From contig JAIPFQ010000002.1 of assembly GCA_021736605.1 (NCBI GenBank), positions 1 to 54,139 of the forward strand: a DNA stretch of 54,139 bases. Reading direction: 5' to 3'. Shown here in pieces: positions 1 to 9,627 of this stretch (its first letter is position 1; each line of letters opens with the position of its first letter). The notes under the pieces were generated by a model, which did not search any database, was not told the DNA's origin, and saw only the letters and a program-made list of their open reading frames with translations. A program made the position numbers and the translations under genes. Origin of the DNA: Spirochaetales bacterium (GTDB lineage: Bacteria; Spirochaetota; Spirochaetia; PWKH01).

Positions 1-1310
1 GAATACATGGCTTCATCCGCATTGCGTATAAGCTCCATTTCATCCTGAGCGTTGAATTCAGGAAAAGAGACAAGACCAATACTCACGGTGATTTTTATTT
101 GCTGATTTCCATGGGAGCAGGCGCTTTCTTCAATCATATGGCGAATTCTTTCGGCAATGAATTCCGTATCTTCCTTCGAAGCTCCAGGAAGAATCGTCAG
201 AAACTCTTCCCCGCCGTAACGGATAATGAAATCACCTTTTCTCAAAGTCATTTTTGCAACTTGGGTAATTGATACGAGTACTTTGTCGCCCACCGTATGC
301 CCATAGGTATCATTTATCTCCTTGAAATGGTCAATATCAAACAACAGGATGCCGATAGGACTGTCAGTTCTAATAGATCGATTAAATTCCTCATTCAGTC
401 GGGTTAATCCGAATCTTCGGTTGTAAATACCAGTGAGCGGATCATTTGCTGCTAGACGCTGAAGCTGTTCATACGTAACAGCGTTTCGTAATGCCAGGGA
501 AAGGTTTTTCGAAAACATTTCAAACCCGGAACACAGTTCATCATTAAAGGAACGGGAAGAAGCAAGTATAATGACTCCCAAGCTTACTCCTTTATGCATT
601 ATTGCTTCTAGAATAATATCTTTGGGGTGAAAATCAACCAGAGTGCCTTCAATTCGGATATCCGGATCCATCTTGATGTGTTTCCGTCGGGAAGATTTCA
701 GGACTCCCCAGACGGTATCATTTTCGCACAGTTTTTCAGCATTCTTTATGCCGTATGAGCTGGCAAGTTTCAGCTCGCCGTTTTTCTCAATTACCAATGC
801 TCCGGCATCGGCATGCATATAGGAAATTAATTCATCAAGTGCATTCTTGGATAGTATGTCCAGTTCAAGCTGTGAAGAAAGGATTTCGTTAAACTGCTTC
901 AGGGATGATTCTGTTTTTATTGAGAGGGAGAGGGCATGTACAAGATTGTTGAAAGCTTTAGCGCTCTCTCCAATTTCATCCTTTGAATCCACGGGGATAC
1001 TGCACTGCTCCCGAGTGCACTCATCAAGTTCAGCAATACTCATCGAAGTATTCAGTTTCTCTTCGATGTAACTCATTCTTCCAGCTAAAAGCTTAAGCCG
1101 TTTACCGACAACTGTTTTAGCCATAATAATATTTAAAGCACCAACAATGATTCCGGCAAGAATGCATAACGAAAAAAACACTTCTGTAAGGACTAGATTT
1201 GCTGGTATCCCCATAAGGACGACAAAAAATGGAAAAATGATCCCAATGAAAAAACCAAAACTGATCATATAGATGGCAAGATCATTAAAAACTTTTTGAG
1301 TAAGCCTCAT
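1..1310 (-). CDS. Membrane-anchored diguanylate cyclase (2 TM, HAMP-like, GAF-like, GGDEF); the 3' end runs off the left edge of the window
   Basis: It is absent from the ORF track because there is no stop codon inside the window. My reverse-strand translation from the ATG (complement of 1308-1310) reads MRLTQKVFNDLAIYMISFGFF... It continues through DEIGESAKAFNNL (HAMP-like), NDPLTGIYNRRFG and FDIDHFKEINDTYGH. An RKGD I-site lies 5 residues before RYGGEEF. Confidence 0.85.
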   Translation of the reverse strand, partial: MRLTQKVFNDLAIYMISFGFFIGIIFPFFVVLMGIPANLVLTEVFFSLCILAGIIVGALNIIMAKTVVGKRLKLLAGRMSYIEEKLNTSMSIAELDECTREQCSIPVDSKDEIGESAKAFNNLVHALSLSIKTESSLKQFNEILSSQLELDILSKNALDELISYMHADAGALVIEKNGELKLASSYGIKNAEKLCENDTVWGVLKSSRRKHIKMDPDIRIEGTLVDFHPKDIILEAIMHKGVSLGVIILASSRSFNDELCSGFEMFSKNLSLALRNAVTYEQLQRLAANDPLTGIYNRRFGLTRLNEEFNRSIRTDSPIGILLFDIDHFKEINDTYGHTVGDKVLVSITQVAKMTLRKGDFIIRYGGEEFLTILPGASKEDTEFIAERIRHMIEESACSHGNQQIKITVSIGLVSFPEFNAQDEMELIRNADEAMY

Positions 1311-1474
1311 GCTGTGCTCCTTGACTTTTTTTCTTGAAAATTGTGAGTTTTACTTTTTTTGAATTACCTGATCATATCATTAATACACATATTTATAAAG
1401 CAGTATTTATACACTGATGAAAGGCTCTTCGTCGGTACAAGTTTCTACAGTGTTTCAACGCTAAATCATAAATC

Positions 1475-1519
1475 CTGTAAACAAACCTGTAGAAAAACTG
1501 TAGAAAAACTGTAGAAAAG
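1475..1519. repeat. 11-bp phased tandem repeat: ctgtaaacaaac, ctgtagaaaaa, ctgtagaaaaa, ctgtagaaaag. An inverted copy (tttctacag) lies at 1442-1450.
   Basis: Read directly from the sequence. Three near-perfect units start at 1487, 1498 and 1509. Confidence 0.9.
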
Positions 1520-1711
1520 GGGCATTTAATTTTTTTATGCTGATCTTTGACGTATGCAGCTGATAGAATCAAGCTGGTACAAAGTCATTTTCGGAGTTGA
1601 ACAATTTTTTCCAATCCCCTTTGAAAAAACAGCCTCCCCTTGACGAGAGTTAAAAATCATAGCTTAATAGTAAAACAAAACGATATATGCCTGTACTACA
1701 TGGAGAACTTA

Positions 1712-4342
1712 ATGGATGAGAAAGTATTAGTAATAGTAGAGTCACCCACAAAAGCACGGACAATAAAAAAATTCCTGCCCAAAAACTATGTTGTTGAAGC
1801 AAGTGTAGGACATGTTCGTGACCTCCCGCAAAGCGCAGCGGAAATACCCAAGAAATATAAAAAAGAGCCTTGGGCAAGGTTAGGTATCGATGTTGATCAT
1901 AATTTTTCTCCATTGTATGTAACTCCACGCGGTAAGGGAAAGGTGATACAGCAGCTGAAGAAACATCTGAAAGATGCATCCCTCCTGCTGCTGGCAACAG
2001 ACGAAGACCGCGAAGGCGAAAGTATCTCCTGGCATCTTGCGAATGTACTGAATCCAAAGGTGCCCGTAAAACGAATGGTTTTTCATGAAATAACAAAAAA
2101 AGCTATCCTTCATTCCCTTGATCATGGTCGAGATGTCAATATGAACTTGGTGAATGCTCAGGAGACACGAAGAATTCTAGATAGGCTCTACGGATATACC
2201 GTCTCCCCCTTGATATGGAAAAAAATCTCCTACGGTCTCTCAGCAGGCAGGGTGCAGTCACCCGGTCTGCGCTTGATTGTCGACAGGGAAAGAGAGAGAA
2301 TAGATTTTCAGAAGATGTCCTTCTGGGATGCTAAAGCAAAACTGTACAGACCTGAGGACGGCAGCAATACCTGCTTTGAAGCAAAACTAGAAACTTTCCA
2401 AGGCAAAAGAATTGCCGGCAGTAAAGATTTCGACGCAAAAACAGGTAAGTATAAAGAAAAGAAACAGGTGCTGCTGCTTGATAAGGATACACTTACTTCA
2501 ATACTTGCAGAAGCAGAGCAGAAAAAGTGGCTGGTTGATTCTGTTACTGAAAAGCGGTTCAAGACGAAACCGGCACCGCCCTTCATAACTTCAACCCTGC
2601 AGCAGGAAGGGAATAGAAAACTTCATTTATCAGCAAGAGATACCATGAGAACGGCCCAGCGGCTTTATGAAAAAGGTTTTATAACCTATATGAGAACAGA
2701 TTCTCCAAATTTAAGTCAGGAGGGTATTCAGGGTATCCGCAGAATGATTGAAGAACTGTATGGTGAAAAGTACCTCTCTGCTCAGGTAAGACAGTACGGC
2801 AGTAAAGCCAGAAGTGCTCAGGAAGCTCACGAGGCTATTCGGCCAGCGGGTGAAAAGTTTCTTCCTCCTGAGCAGACAGGACTGGAAGGCCGGGAATTCT
2901 ATCTCTATTCCCTCATCTGGAAACGTACCATGGCTACCCAGATGGCTGAAGGAGAGAAGGTTACTACCACAGCAAAAATAACTGCCGGAGAAGCACAATT
3001 CACCACATCAGGAACAAGAATTCTCTTCCCCGGGTATATTCGGGTATATGTTGAAGGGAAGGACGATCCGGAAGCAGCTTTGGATGATAAAGAAGCCTGG
3101 CTCCCGAAGCTGAAAGAGAACGAGGAAGTCACTCTTCACTCCTTGGAACCTGTCAGCCATGAAACAAAACCACCTGCAAGATTTACTGAGGCAAGTCTTG
3201 TGCGGCAGCTTGAAAAAATGGACATAGGCCGTCCTTCAACATACGCATCAATAATAAATACACTATTTCAAAGAGAGTATATTAAAAAACAGGGGAATGC
3301 CCTCGTTCCGACATTTACCGGATTTGCCGTAATTCAGCTTCTGGAAAAGAATTTCCATGAATTGATAACCTACAGTTTTACTTCAGACATGGAAGATGCT
3401 CTGGATGAAATTGCTGTAGGGGAGGTAGACCGGCTGGAGTATCTGCGCAGTTTTTATTTCGGTGATAAGGGCTTAAAAGAGCAAGTAGAGAAACGGGAAA
3501 AAGATATTGACCCCAAAGAATCAAGAATGGTGAAACTTCCGCATATTACGGTTGTTGATGGTATACGGGTGGGAAAATACGGGCCCTATGTTCTCGTCGG
3601 CGGTGATGAGAAAAGTGAAGAGATTCATGCTTCAATACCTGAGGGGGTATCGCCTTCTGAGATCACAAATGAAGTTATTAAGGAACTCATCGAAACACAG
3701 AAAAAAGAGCCTGAACCCATTGGATATCATCCTGAAACCCAGGAAGCCATATACTTTATGACAGGGAGGTACGGACCATATTATCAACTAGGGAAGAAGA
3801 GTGAAGATAATAAGAAACCCAGAAGAGCAAGCCTTCCTGCAGGAAAAAATCCGGAGGATGTCAGTATTGAAGAGATTGTTAAACTGCTCAGTCTGCCGAG
3901 GACTCTTGGGAAGCATCCGGAAACTAAAAAGCTTGTTACGGTAAACAATGGCCGCTTCGGTCCCTATGTGCATCATGATGGTGAATTCCGTTCCTTGAAA
4001 AAAGAAGACGATGTATACACAATTGAATTGGAACGCGCCTTAGAAATTTTATCTGAGCCGAAAAAGGGGCGGGGAGGCTCTGTACGAATAATGAACTTCG
4101 GAAAAAGTTCTGATGGAAAAACCCTTGAAATATATAATGGCAAATATGGTCCCTTCATAAAACATGGGAGTAAAAATGTTTCCCTTCCGAGCAGTTTAAA
4201 AAAAGTTGAAAAAGTGAAGGAATTAAGTAAGGATGAAGTAGAGAAACTTCTGAAAGATAAGGGAAGCTCGAATTCACAAAAAAAATCAAAAACGTTCCAA
4301 ACTTCTAAGACAAAAACTAAGTCAGGTAAAACAAAAAAATAA
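1712..4342 (+). CDS. topA: DNA topoisomerase I
   Basis: Toprim motif VIVESPTKARTIKKFL and active-site Tyr context GFITYMRTDS are present. There are four Cys-less C-terminal repeats (GKYGPY, GRYGPY, GRFGPY, GKYGPF) and a Lys-rich tail. I place the start at ATG 1712, which has GGAG 6 nt upstream. The track's TTG at 1640 looks like a TTGACG -35 box instead. Confidence 0.95.
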   Translation: MDEKVLVIVESPTKARTIKKFLPKNYVVEASVGHVRDLPQSAAEIPKKYKKEPWARLGIDVDHNFSPLYVTPRGKGKVIQQLKKHLKDASLLLLATDEDREGESISWHLANVLNPKVPVKRMVFHEITKKAILHSLDHGRDVNMNLVNAQETRRILDRLYGYTVSPLIWKKISYGLSAGRVQSPGLRLIVDRERERIDFQKMSFWDAKAKLYRPEDGSNTCFEAKLETFQGKRIAGSKDFDAKTGKYKEKKQVLLLDKDTLTSILAEAEQKKWLVDSVTEKRFKTKPAPPFITSTLQQEGNRKLHLSARDTMRTAQRLYEKGFITYMRTDSPNLSQEGIQGIRRMIEELYGEKYLSAQVRQYGSKARSAQEAHEAIRPAGEKFLPPEQTGLEGREFYLYSLIWKRTMATQMAEGEKVTTTAKITAGEAQFTTSGTRILFPGYIRVYVEGKDDPEAALDDKEAWLPKLKENEEVTLHSLEPVSHETKPPARFTEASLVRQLEKMDIGRPSTYASIINTLFQREYIKKQGNALVPTFTGFAVIQLLEKNFHELITYSFTSDMEDALDEIAVGEVDRLEYLRSFYFGDKGLKEQVEKREKDIDPKESRMVKLPHITVVDGIRVGKYGPYVLVGGDEKSEEIHASIPEGVSPSEITNEVIKELIETQKKEPEPIGYHPETQEAIYFMTGRYGPYYQLGKKSEDNKKPRRASLPAGKNPEDVSIEEIVKLLSLPRTLGKHPETKKLVTVNNGRFGPYVHHDGEFRSLKKEDDVYTIELERALEILSEPKKGRGGSVRIMNFGKSSDGKTLEIYNGKYGPFIKHGSKNVSLPSSLKKVEKVKELSKDEVEKLLKDKGSSNSQKKSKTFQTSKTKTKSGKTKK

Positions 4343-4399
4343 AGATTCGACCAGCATTGAGTACCTTGGTGTAAGTTGACCTGCCGGTTGTTGGTTTTC

Positions 4400-5065
4400 C
4401 TACTGTTTGTTTTCTTTTTTCTGTTTTTTGATTATGCGCCGATGTACAGCAAAAGAAAAAACATACAGCGTGATAATGGTAATGATAAGAGAACATGTGC
4501 CGACCCACACGGAAATTCGACTGGGTATAAAGGCTGTTATAAGAAATACTATTCCCACAGCCAGGAATAATTTTCCTGCCATGGCATGTGTTTTATTCCA
4601 GACTGGACGGCTGGCTAGGGTCCATGGAGTTCTGATGCCGAAGCTGTATTCGTATTCAGTATTGGGAAGAAAACTGCTTACGCTGAGGAAAATTATCCCC
4701 ACAATCGTTTTTATGAGAAAATTTGTATTGAGACTGTAGCCTAATCCGCTGAGTATCGTAATCCAGTGAATACCTATAAGAAAAAGTATAAACAAGCCGA
4801 TAATTGTGTTATACGCCTTTTTGTGTTTTTTGAAATTTTCATGCGCAGGATGCAGGGTAGGAACCTTTTTCATAAAGAAAAGAGCAAGCATCGGCAGCAG
4901 AGCAGTAAAAAAAATATAAAACTTCGGATTATATGTATCATGAGAACCATTCCCATTCCACTGGGCAGGCAGCATCTCCGGCAGTTGAGGGTAGATACCT
5001 ATAGTTGCAGCCAAAGAGATAAGCACAGGTATAATGAGAACCATATACCCCATTTTTTTTATCAT
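4400..5065 (-). CDS. Polytopic membrane protein, SdpI/DUF1648-like
   Basis: The N-terminus IPVLISLAATIGIYPQLPEMLPAQWNGNG resembles DUF1648. Several TM helices follow, then a basic tail. ATG at 5065 has GGAG 7 nt upstream. Family assignment is from memory. Confidence 0.5.
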   Translation of the reverse strand: MIKKMGYMVLIIPVLISLAATIGIYPQLPEMLPAQWNGNGSHDTYNPKFYIFFTALLPMLALFFMKKVPTLHPAHENFKKHKKAYNTIIGLFILFLIGIHWITILSGLGYSLNTNFLIKTIVGIIFLSVSSFLPNTEYEYSFGIRTPWTLASRPVWNKTHAMAGKLFLAVGIVFLITAFIPSRISVWVGTCSLIITIITLYVFSFAVHRRIIKKQKKENKQ

Positions 5066-5301
5066 GAAAAACTCCAAATTTTTATCAGCATCTGCTTACA
5101 GAATTTATTATACAGCAAGTCTAATCCTATTTTATTGGAAAAACTATGAGAAATAAAGGCAGAAAAAGGGAAGCATGAAACATCTAAAAAAAATTTGAGG
5201 TCCACTAAGTTCAATACGATTATTGGAGCTCTTAAAAAACCAATATTTTCAGAAAATGGGTTGACAAAAAAAAATAAATAGTGCATTTTCTTTTACGGTA
5301 A

Positions 5302-5375
5302 GGGGGCGTAGCGAAGATGGTTATCGCGCCGGCCTGTCAAGCCGGAGATCGCGGGTTCAATCCCCGTCGCTCCCG
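5302..5375 (+). tRNA. tRNA-Asp (anticodon GTC), CCA not encoded
   Basis: I folded the cloverleaf by hand. The acceptor stem is GGGGGCG/CGCTCCC with one G-T pair. The D stem is GCGA/TCGC. The anticodon stem CCGGC/GCCGG carries the loop CTGTCAA. The T stem GCGGG/CCCGT carries the loop TTCAATC. The discriminator is G. Confidence 0.9.
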
Positions 5376-5380
5376 AAAAA

Positions 5381-5408
5381 GCTGTCTCTTTGGAGGCAGT
5401 TTTTTTTT
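5381..5408 (+). terminator. Intrinsic terminator after tRNA-Asp
   Basis: A 7-bp stem pairs 5382-5388 with 5393-5399 (one G-T pair) around a 4-nt loop. A run of 9 T follows. Confidence 0.7.
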
Positions 5409-5490
5409 GGTCAGTTAAGTACTATTTTTATTCAGCTAATTTAAGTTTTTTTATTGCGTTAATAGCTGAAAAGCCGTTATACTGTTCATT

Positions 5491-7521
5491 ATGAATGAAA
5501 AGAAGAATCTTACTGAGTATAGACCCGTAAATCAAAAACATATTGAAATTCTCAAAAAGAATGGATGCAGCGCAGAAAACTGGGAAACTGTGTTCGTAAA
5601 AGAGGGCTTCCAGGCTGAACTTGTAAGTGCGGTTTCCTTTTTTTCTTCAGTCTACATAGGGCGCTTAGGGAAAACAATAATCAGCTCCTGCGGAAAAAAG
5701 AGAATAAGTTCCCTTTCGGGAGCTGCTCTTGAAAATGTATACATGGAAGATGATGTCTATATCCATGGATACGGCAGCACAATCCAGAATTATATCCTAG
5801 AGCGGGAAGTTATTCTGGAAAATGTTAAGGAAGTCTGTACTCCTGAACCATCAAGTTTCGGCAGCGGTGTAATTATAGAAGCCGTAAATGAGAAAGGCGG
5901 GCGTGATATTCCCATCTTTAACGAACTTAATGCTCATACAGCATACATGTTTGCCATGTACAGACATGATAAGAGACTTATTTCCGAAATGGAGCGTCTA
6001 GCTGAACTGGAAAAGGAAAAGAACTCCTCGGACATGGGAGTTATAAGTCATAATGCATCAATTTTTCATACAGGCAAGCTTCATTCTGTCTGTGTCGGGC
6101 CATATGCAGTAATTGAGGGAGCATCATCCTTCAGTAATGGAACGATCCTGAGTTCAGAAATTATGCCGGTTCGGATCGGATCTTCGGTGTTTGCGGAAGA
6201 CTTCATAATTCAGGAAGGAGTTTCCATAGGATTCGGGGTAAGCTTGATACGAGCGTTCATAGGACAGGGGGTGAAAATTGATACCCAGTTTTCAGCTATT
6301 GATTCTCTGGCATTTGCAGGCTCAGAATTGGCGCATGGTGAAATAGCCTCCGTATTTGCAGGACCCTTTTCCGTAAGCCATCACAAAGGGACCCTGCTGA
6401 TAGCAAGTTATATGTCATTTTTTAATGCAGGAAGCGGTACCAATCAAAGCAACCATATGTATAAACTCGGGCCGACAAGCCAGGGGGTACTGGAAAGGGG
6501 CTGCAAAACTGCATCAAATGTCTACCTGCGTTGGCCGAAGCGGATAGGTGCGGGGACAATTGTCATCGGTTCGCATATTGTTGCCTTTGATACTCATGAT
6601 TTTCCTTTCTCTTATCTAGTTGAGATGGATGAAAAGAGCGTTCTCATCCCCGGCAGAAATATTACATCAATCGGCATAGTCAGGGATACAAATAAATGGC
6701 TGCAGCGTGATCCTCGGGAAGGGGAGAACTTGCGTGATTATATCAATTTTTCTCTCTACAATCCCTTGAGTATGCAGTCAATGTTTCGCGGCCAGCAGCG
6801 TCTGCAGGCAATAAAAATGCATCGCGATGTGGATCAGTATCCCATTACTGGATTTTATTTACGTCAGAAGGATATTCAGAAGGGTGTAGATCTCTATGAA
6901 CTGCTGCTTCGGGCTTACCTGGGCAGAATTGTTGTCAGAAAATTGGAAATGCTTCTGGATGAGCCTAAGAAAAGAGGTGTCAGATTATCATTTGACGAAA
7001 TTATTACCGGACTAATTCCTAAGGAAGAGTATAATTCAAGTGAAAACTGGGCAGATTTATCAGGACTGCTGATTCCTGAGAATCAGTTGAATGATTTGAT
7101 TGACCAGATAAAATCCAATACGTATGCATCATTTGAACACATTAATACTGCACTTCATAAGATTTTTCTCGGTTACGAAGATTATGAATACAGCTGGGTC
7201 TTGAATCACCTGCAGAAAAAGAAACACAAGAGTACCGCAGAATTTTCAGAGGAAGATCTCTTTGTTGTGCTGAGACAGTGGATAGAGGCAGAAAAACGGC
7301 TTTACAGATTACGAAGAACTGATGCATACAAGGAATACAGTGAACTGGCAAAAATCAGTTATGGTATAGATGGAAATGATGATGTTCGAAATGATGATTT
7401 CGAGGCAATACATGGCAAATTTGACGGCAATAAAGCTATAGTACTGCTTGATAAAGATATACAGAATAAAGAAAAAACATTTGAAAAAATGATCGAATTA
7501 CTGGAGAATCTTGAGGAATAG
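5491..7521 (+). CDS. DUF4954-like protein with a left-handed beta-helix region; function unknown
   Basis: The 676-aa ORF has an N-terminus (LTEYRPVNQKHIEILKKNGCSAENWETVFV) and a hexapeptide-repeat-like centre that match my memory of the DUF4954 family. This was not verified by search. Confidence 0.5.
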   Translation: MNEKKNLTEYRPVNQKHIEILKKNGCSAENWETVFVKEGFQAELVSAVSFFSSVYIGRLGKTIISSCGKKRISSLSGAALENVYMEDDVYIHGYGSTIQNYILEREVILENVKEVCTPEPSSFGSGVIIEAVNEKGGRDIPIFNELNAHTAYMFAMYRHDKRLISEMERLAELEKEKNSSDMGVISHNASIFHTGKLHSVCVGPYAVIEGASSFSNGTILSSEIMPVRIGSSVFAEDFIIQEGVSIGFGVSLIRAFIGQGVKIDTQFSAIDSLAFAGSELAHGEIASVFAGPFSVSHHKGTLLIASYMSFFNAGSGTNQSNHMYKLGPTSQGVLERGCKTASNVYLRWPKRIGAGTIVIGSHIVAFDTHDFPFSYLVEMDEKSVLIPGRNITSIGIVRDTNKWLQRDPREGENLRDYINFSLYNPLSMQSMFRGQQRLQAIKMHRDVDQYPITGFYLRQKDIQKGVDLYELLLRAYLGRIVVRKLEMLLDEPKKRGVRLSFDEIITGLIPKEEYNSSENWADLSGLLIPENQLNDLIDQIKSNTYASFEHINTALHKIFLGYEDYEYSWVLNHLQKKKHKSTAEFSEEDLFVVLRQWIEAEKRLYRLRRTDAYKEYSELAKISYGIDGNDDVRNDDFEAIHGKFDGNKAIVLLDKDIQNKEKTFEKMIELLENLEE

Positions 7522-7562
7522 AATCTCGAGGAAATGCTGCAGATTCTTTGAATCATGTGCAT

Positions 7563-8387
7563 CTATGCATCTAGTGAATCCGCAACCAAACGGAGCAGTC
7601 GAGGATTATCGGTAAAAATGCCGTCTGCCCCCATAGAAAGCAGTCTTTCCATCTCTTCACGCTTGTTTATTGTCCAGACTTGAACGTAGAGTCCGGCTTT
7701 CTTGTATGTTCTGATAAGTTTTGGGTTTAAAACCTGTATGTTCCCCTGTTTGACCGGGATCTGAAGAACAGCTCCCGGGAATGAGCTGTTTTGTGTAATC
7801 AAACCCAAACGAGCGCGTATGAGAATGTTAACCACCTCTTTATGAGCAAAGCTTGTTATTATCTGGGGAGCAATTTTGCGTAGATGCACAAGATTTGATC
7901 GATGAAAGCTTGCACCAAGAACTCGGGAAAAGGCTTTTTGATCTTCAATAACTTTGACAAATGCTTTGACCATAGCTGGAGATTCAGTTTTTAAATCGAT
8001 ATTGAACTTCATTTCAGGCAGAGCTTCTAAAGCTTCATGGAGAGTTGTCATGCGGATTCCTCTGTCCCGAAAGGGGTATTCACTTTTTTCGCGGTTTACG
8101 TTATCTTCTCCCGAGAACCAGTACCCGGCATCAAGTTTCTTTAATTCATTTAGCGTGTATTGTTCTACTGGTCCATGTCCGTTTGTGGATCTGTCCAGGG
8201 TGTCATCATGCCAGATAATTACTTCACCATCCTTCGTGCAGTGAACGTCCGTCTCAATGCAGTCTACTCCAATTTTCTGGGCGCTTTCAAAAGCGGGGAG
8301 GGTATTTTCAGGAAAAAATGCTGAATCACCCCGATGGGCAATAACTTTCGGGACTATCTTTAAGAAGGGATGCTTGGAATATTTCAT
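7563..8387 (-). CDS. Glycerophosphodiester phosphodiesterase
   Basis: GDPD motifs are present: VIAHRGDSAFFPENTLPAF, IETDVHCTKDGEVIIWHDDTLDRSTNG. Confidence 0.85.
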   Translation of the reverse strand: MKYSKHPFLKIVPKVIAHRGDSAFFPENTLPAFESAQKIGVDCIETDVHCTKDGEVIIWHDDTLDRSTNGHGPVEQYTLNELKKLDAGYWFSGEDNVNREKSEYPFRDRGIRMTTLHEALEALPEMKFNIDLKTESPAMVKAFVKVIEDQKAFSRVLGASFHRSNLVHLRKIAPQIITSFAHKEVVNILIRARLGLITQNSSFPGAVLQIPVKQGNIQVLNPKLIRTYKKAGLYVQVWTINKREEMERLLSMGADGIFTDNPRLLRLVADSLDA

Positions 8388-8433
8388 AGAATTACTGTAT
8401 GCTGAAAAATAGCCGAAGTCAACATATTCTCGT

Positions 8434-9627
8434 TTGATATTTCCAGTGAAAAAGTATCAGCTTGAATATCAATTAATATATTGTGAGGAATGTATTTTGA
8501 GTCAAGAATTTAAGATAATCGCCGTCGGGCTGAGCGGCGGAGTGGATTCAAGTGCGGCATTGCATCTGCTTCAGCAGCAGGGATATAAACTTGCAGGCTG
8601 CAGTCATGCCATCTGTAGAAATTCTGCAATCTGCAGTGACGAAGCGCTTGCCAGGGCAGAGCAGATATGTAAAAAAATGCACATACCCTACGTGAAAGTT
8701 GATATGTACAATTCTTTTGAAAACCGGGTTATCCTTGATTTTGTCCATGAATATGAGTTGGGCCATACACCAAATCCCTGCGTCAGATGCAATGAACGCA
8801 TACGTTTTACGGAATTTTATCAGCAGGTTAAAACAGAATTGCTGAAGAGAAATAGCTTGGCCCATGATGAGCAGCTGGGTTTTGCAACGGGACACTATGT
8901 TCAGAAAGATGAACTTTTCGGCTTCCCCGTAATCAAAGAGGGGAAAGACAGCCGAAAAGATCAGTCGTATATGCTTTACCGTATTTCACCTGAGATTCTT
9001 CCCAATTTGCGATTTCCCTTAGGCTCATATACAAAAAGTGAGGTTGCTGCCATTGCTGCTGCCCATGATTTCCCAACTTCAAGTGTAAAGGAAAGCCAGG
9101 ATATCTGTTTTATTCAAGGGAAATATACGGATTTCTTGAAAAAATATATTCCCGAAGAAGAAATTGAAAAACCGGGCTACATTAAAGATATAGCAGGAAC
9201 GGTTTTAGGAACGCATAAAGGCTACATGCATTATACCATAGGACAAAGGCAGGGCTTAGGTCTTTCAAATGGTCCTTGGTACGTCAGCAAGTTGGATGCA
9301 GAGGAAAATACGATCTTTGTGGAGAGGGTGGGTGAATACAGGAAGAAAAAGTTTTCCATCGGAGAGGGTAACTTCTTCATCCCCTTAGATCTCCTTATAA
9401 ACGAGCAGAAAAAGCTGAACATGACTGTCAAAGTGCGCTATAATACGTCGAAAGTTCCTTGTCGTATTGAAATCAATAATAAAAATTATCGTAAACAAAT
9501 GCAGGAACAAATGCAGGCTGAAATTACTATTTATACGGATTCACCGGTTACAGTAACTCCAGGGCAATCAGCAGTATTATATCATGATTCTCTAGTGCTG
9601 GGCGGCGGAATTATTCTGGCATCATGA
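8434..9627 (+). CDS. mnmA: tRNA 2-thiouridine(34) synthase MnmA
   Basis: PP-loop GLSGGVDSS and the KDQSYML motif are present. The true start is more likely TTG 8497, preceded by GAGGAA, than TTG 8434. Confidence 0.85.
   Translation: MIFPVKKYQLEYQLIYCEECILSQEFKIIAVGLSGGVDSSAALHLLQQQGYKLAGCSHAICRNSAICSDEALARAEQICKKMHIPYVKVDMYNSFENRVILDFVHEYELGHTPNPCVRCNERIRFTEFYQQVKTELLKRNSLAHDEQLGFATGHYVQKDELFGFPVIKEGKDSRKDQSYMLYRISPEILPNLRFPLGSYTKSEVAAIAAAHDFPTSSVKESQDICFIQGKYTDFLKKYIPEEEIEKPGYIKDIAGTVLGTHKGYMHYTIGQRQGLGLSNGPWYVSKLDAEENTIFVERVGEYRKKKFSIGEGNFFIPLDLLINEQKKLNMTVKVRYNTSKVPCRIEINNKNYRKQMQEQMQAEITIYTDSPVTVTPGQSAVLYHDSLVLGGGIILAS

Noticed and set aside
1640-1711. The track shows an N-terminal extension of topA starting from TTG 1640.
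   Set aside because: The extension is not TopA-like. TTGACG at 1640 reads better as a -35 box, and ATG 1712 has a GGAG RBS followed directly by the Toprim motif.
5260-7521. I considered whether tRNA-Asp marks the integration site of a genomic island.
   Set aside because: There is no integrase or recombinase. I found no direct repeat of the tRNA 3' end downstream. The flanking genes look like ordinary chromosomal genes.
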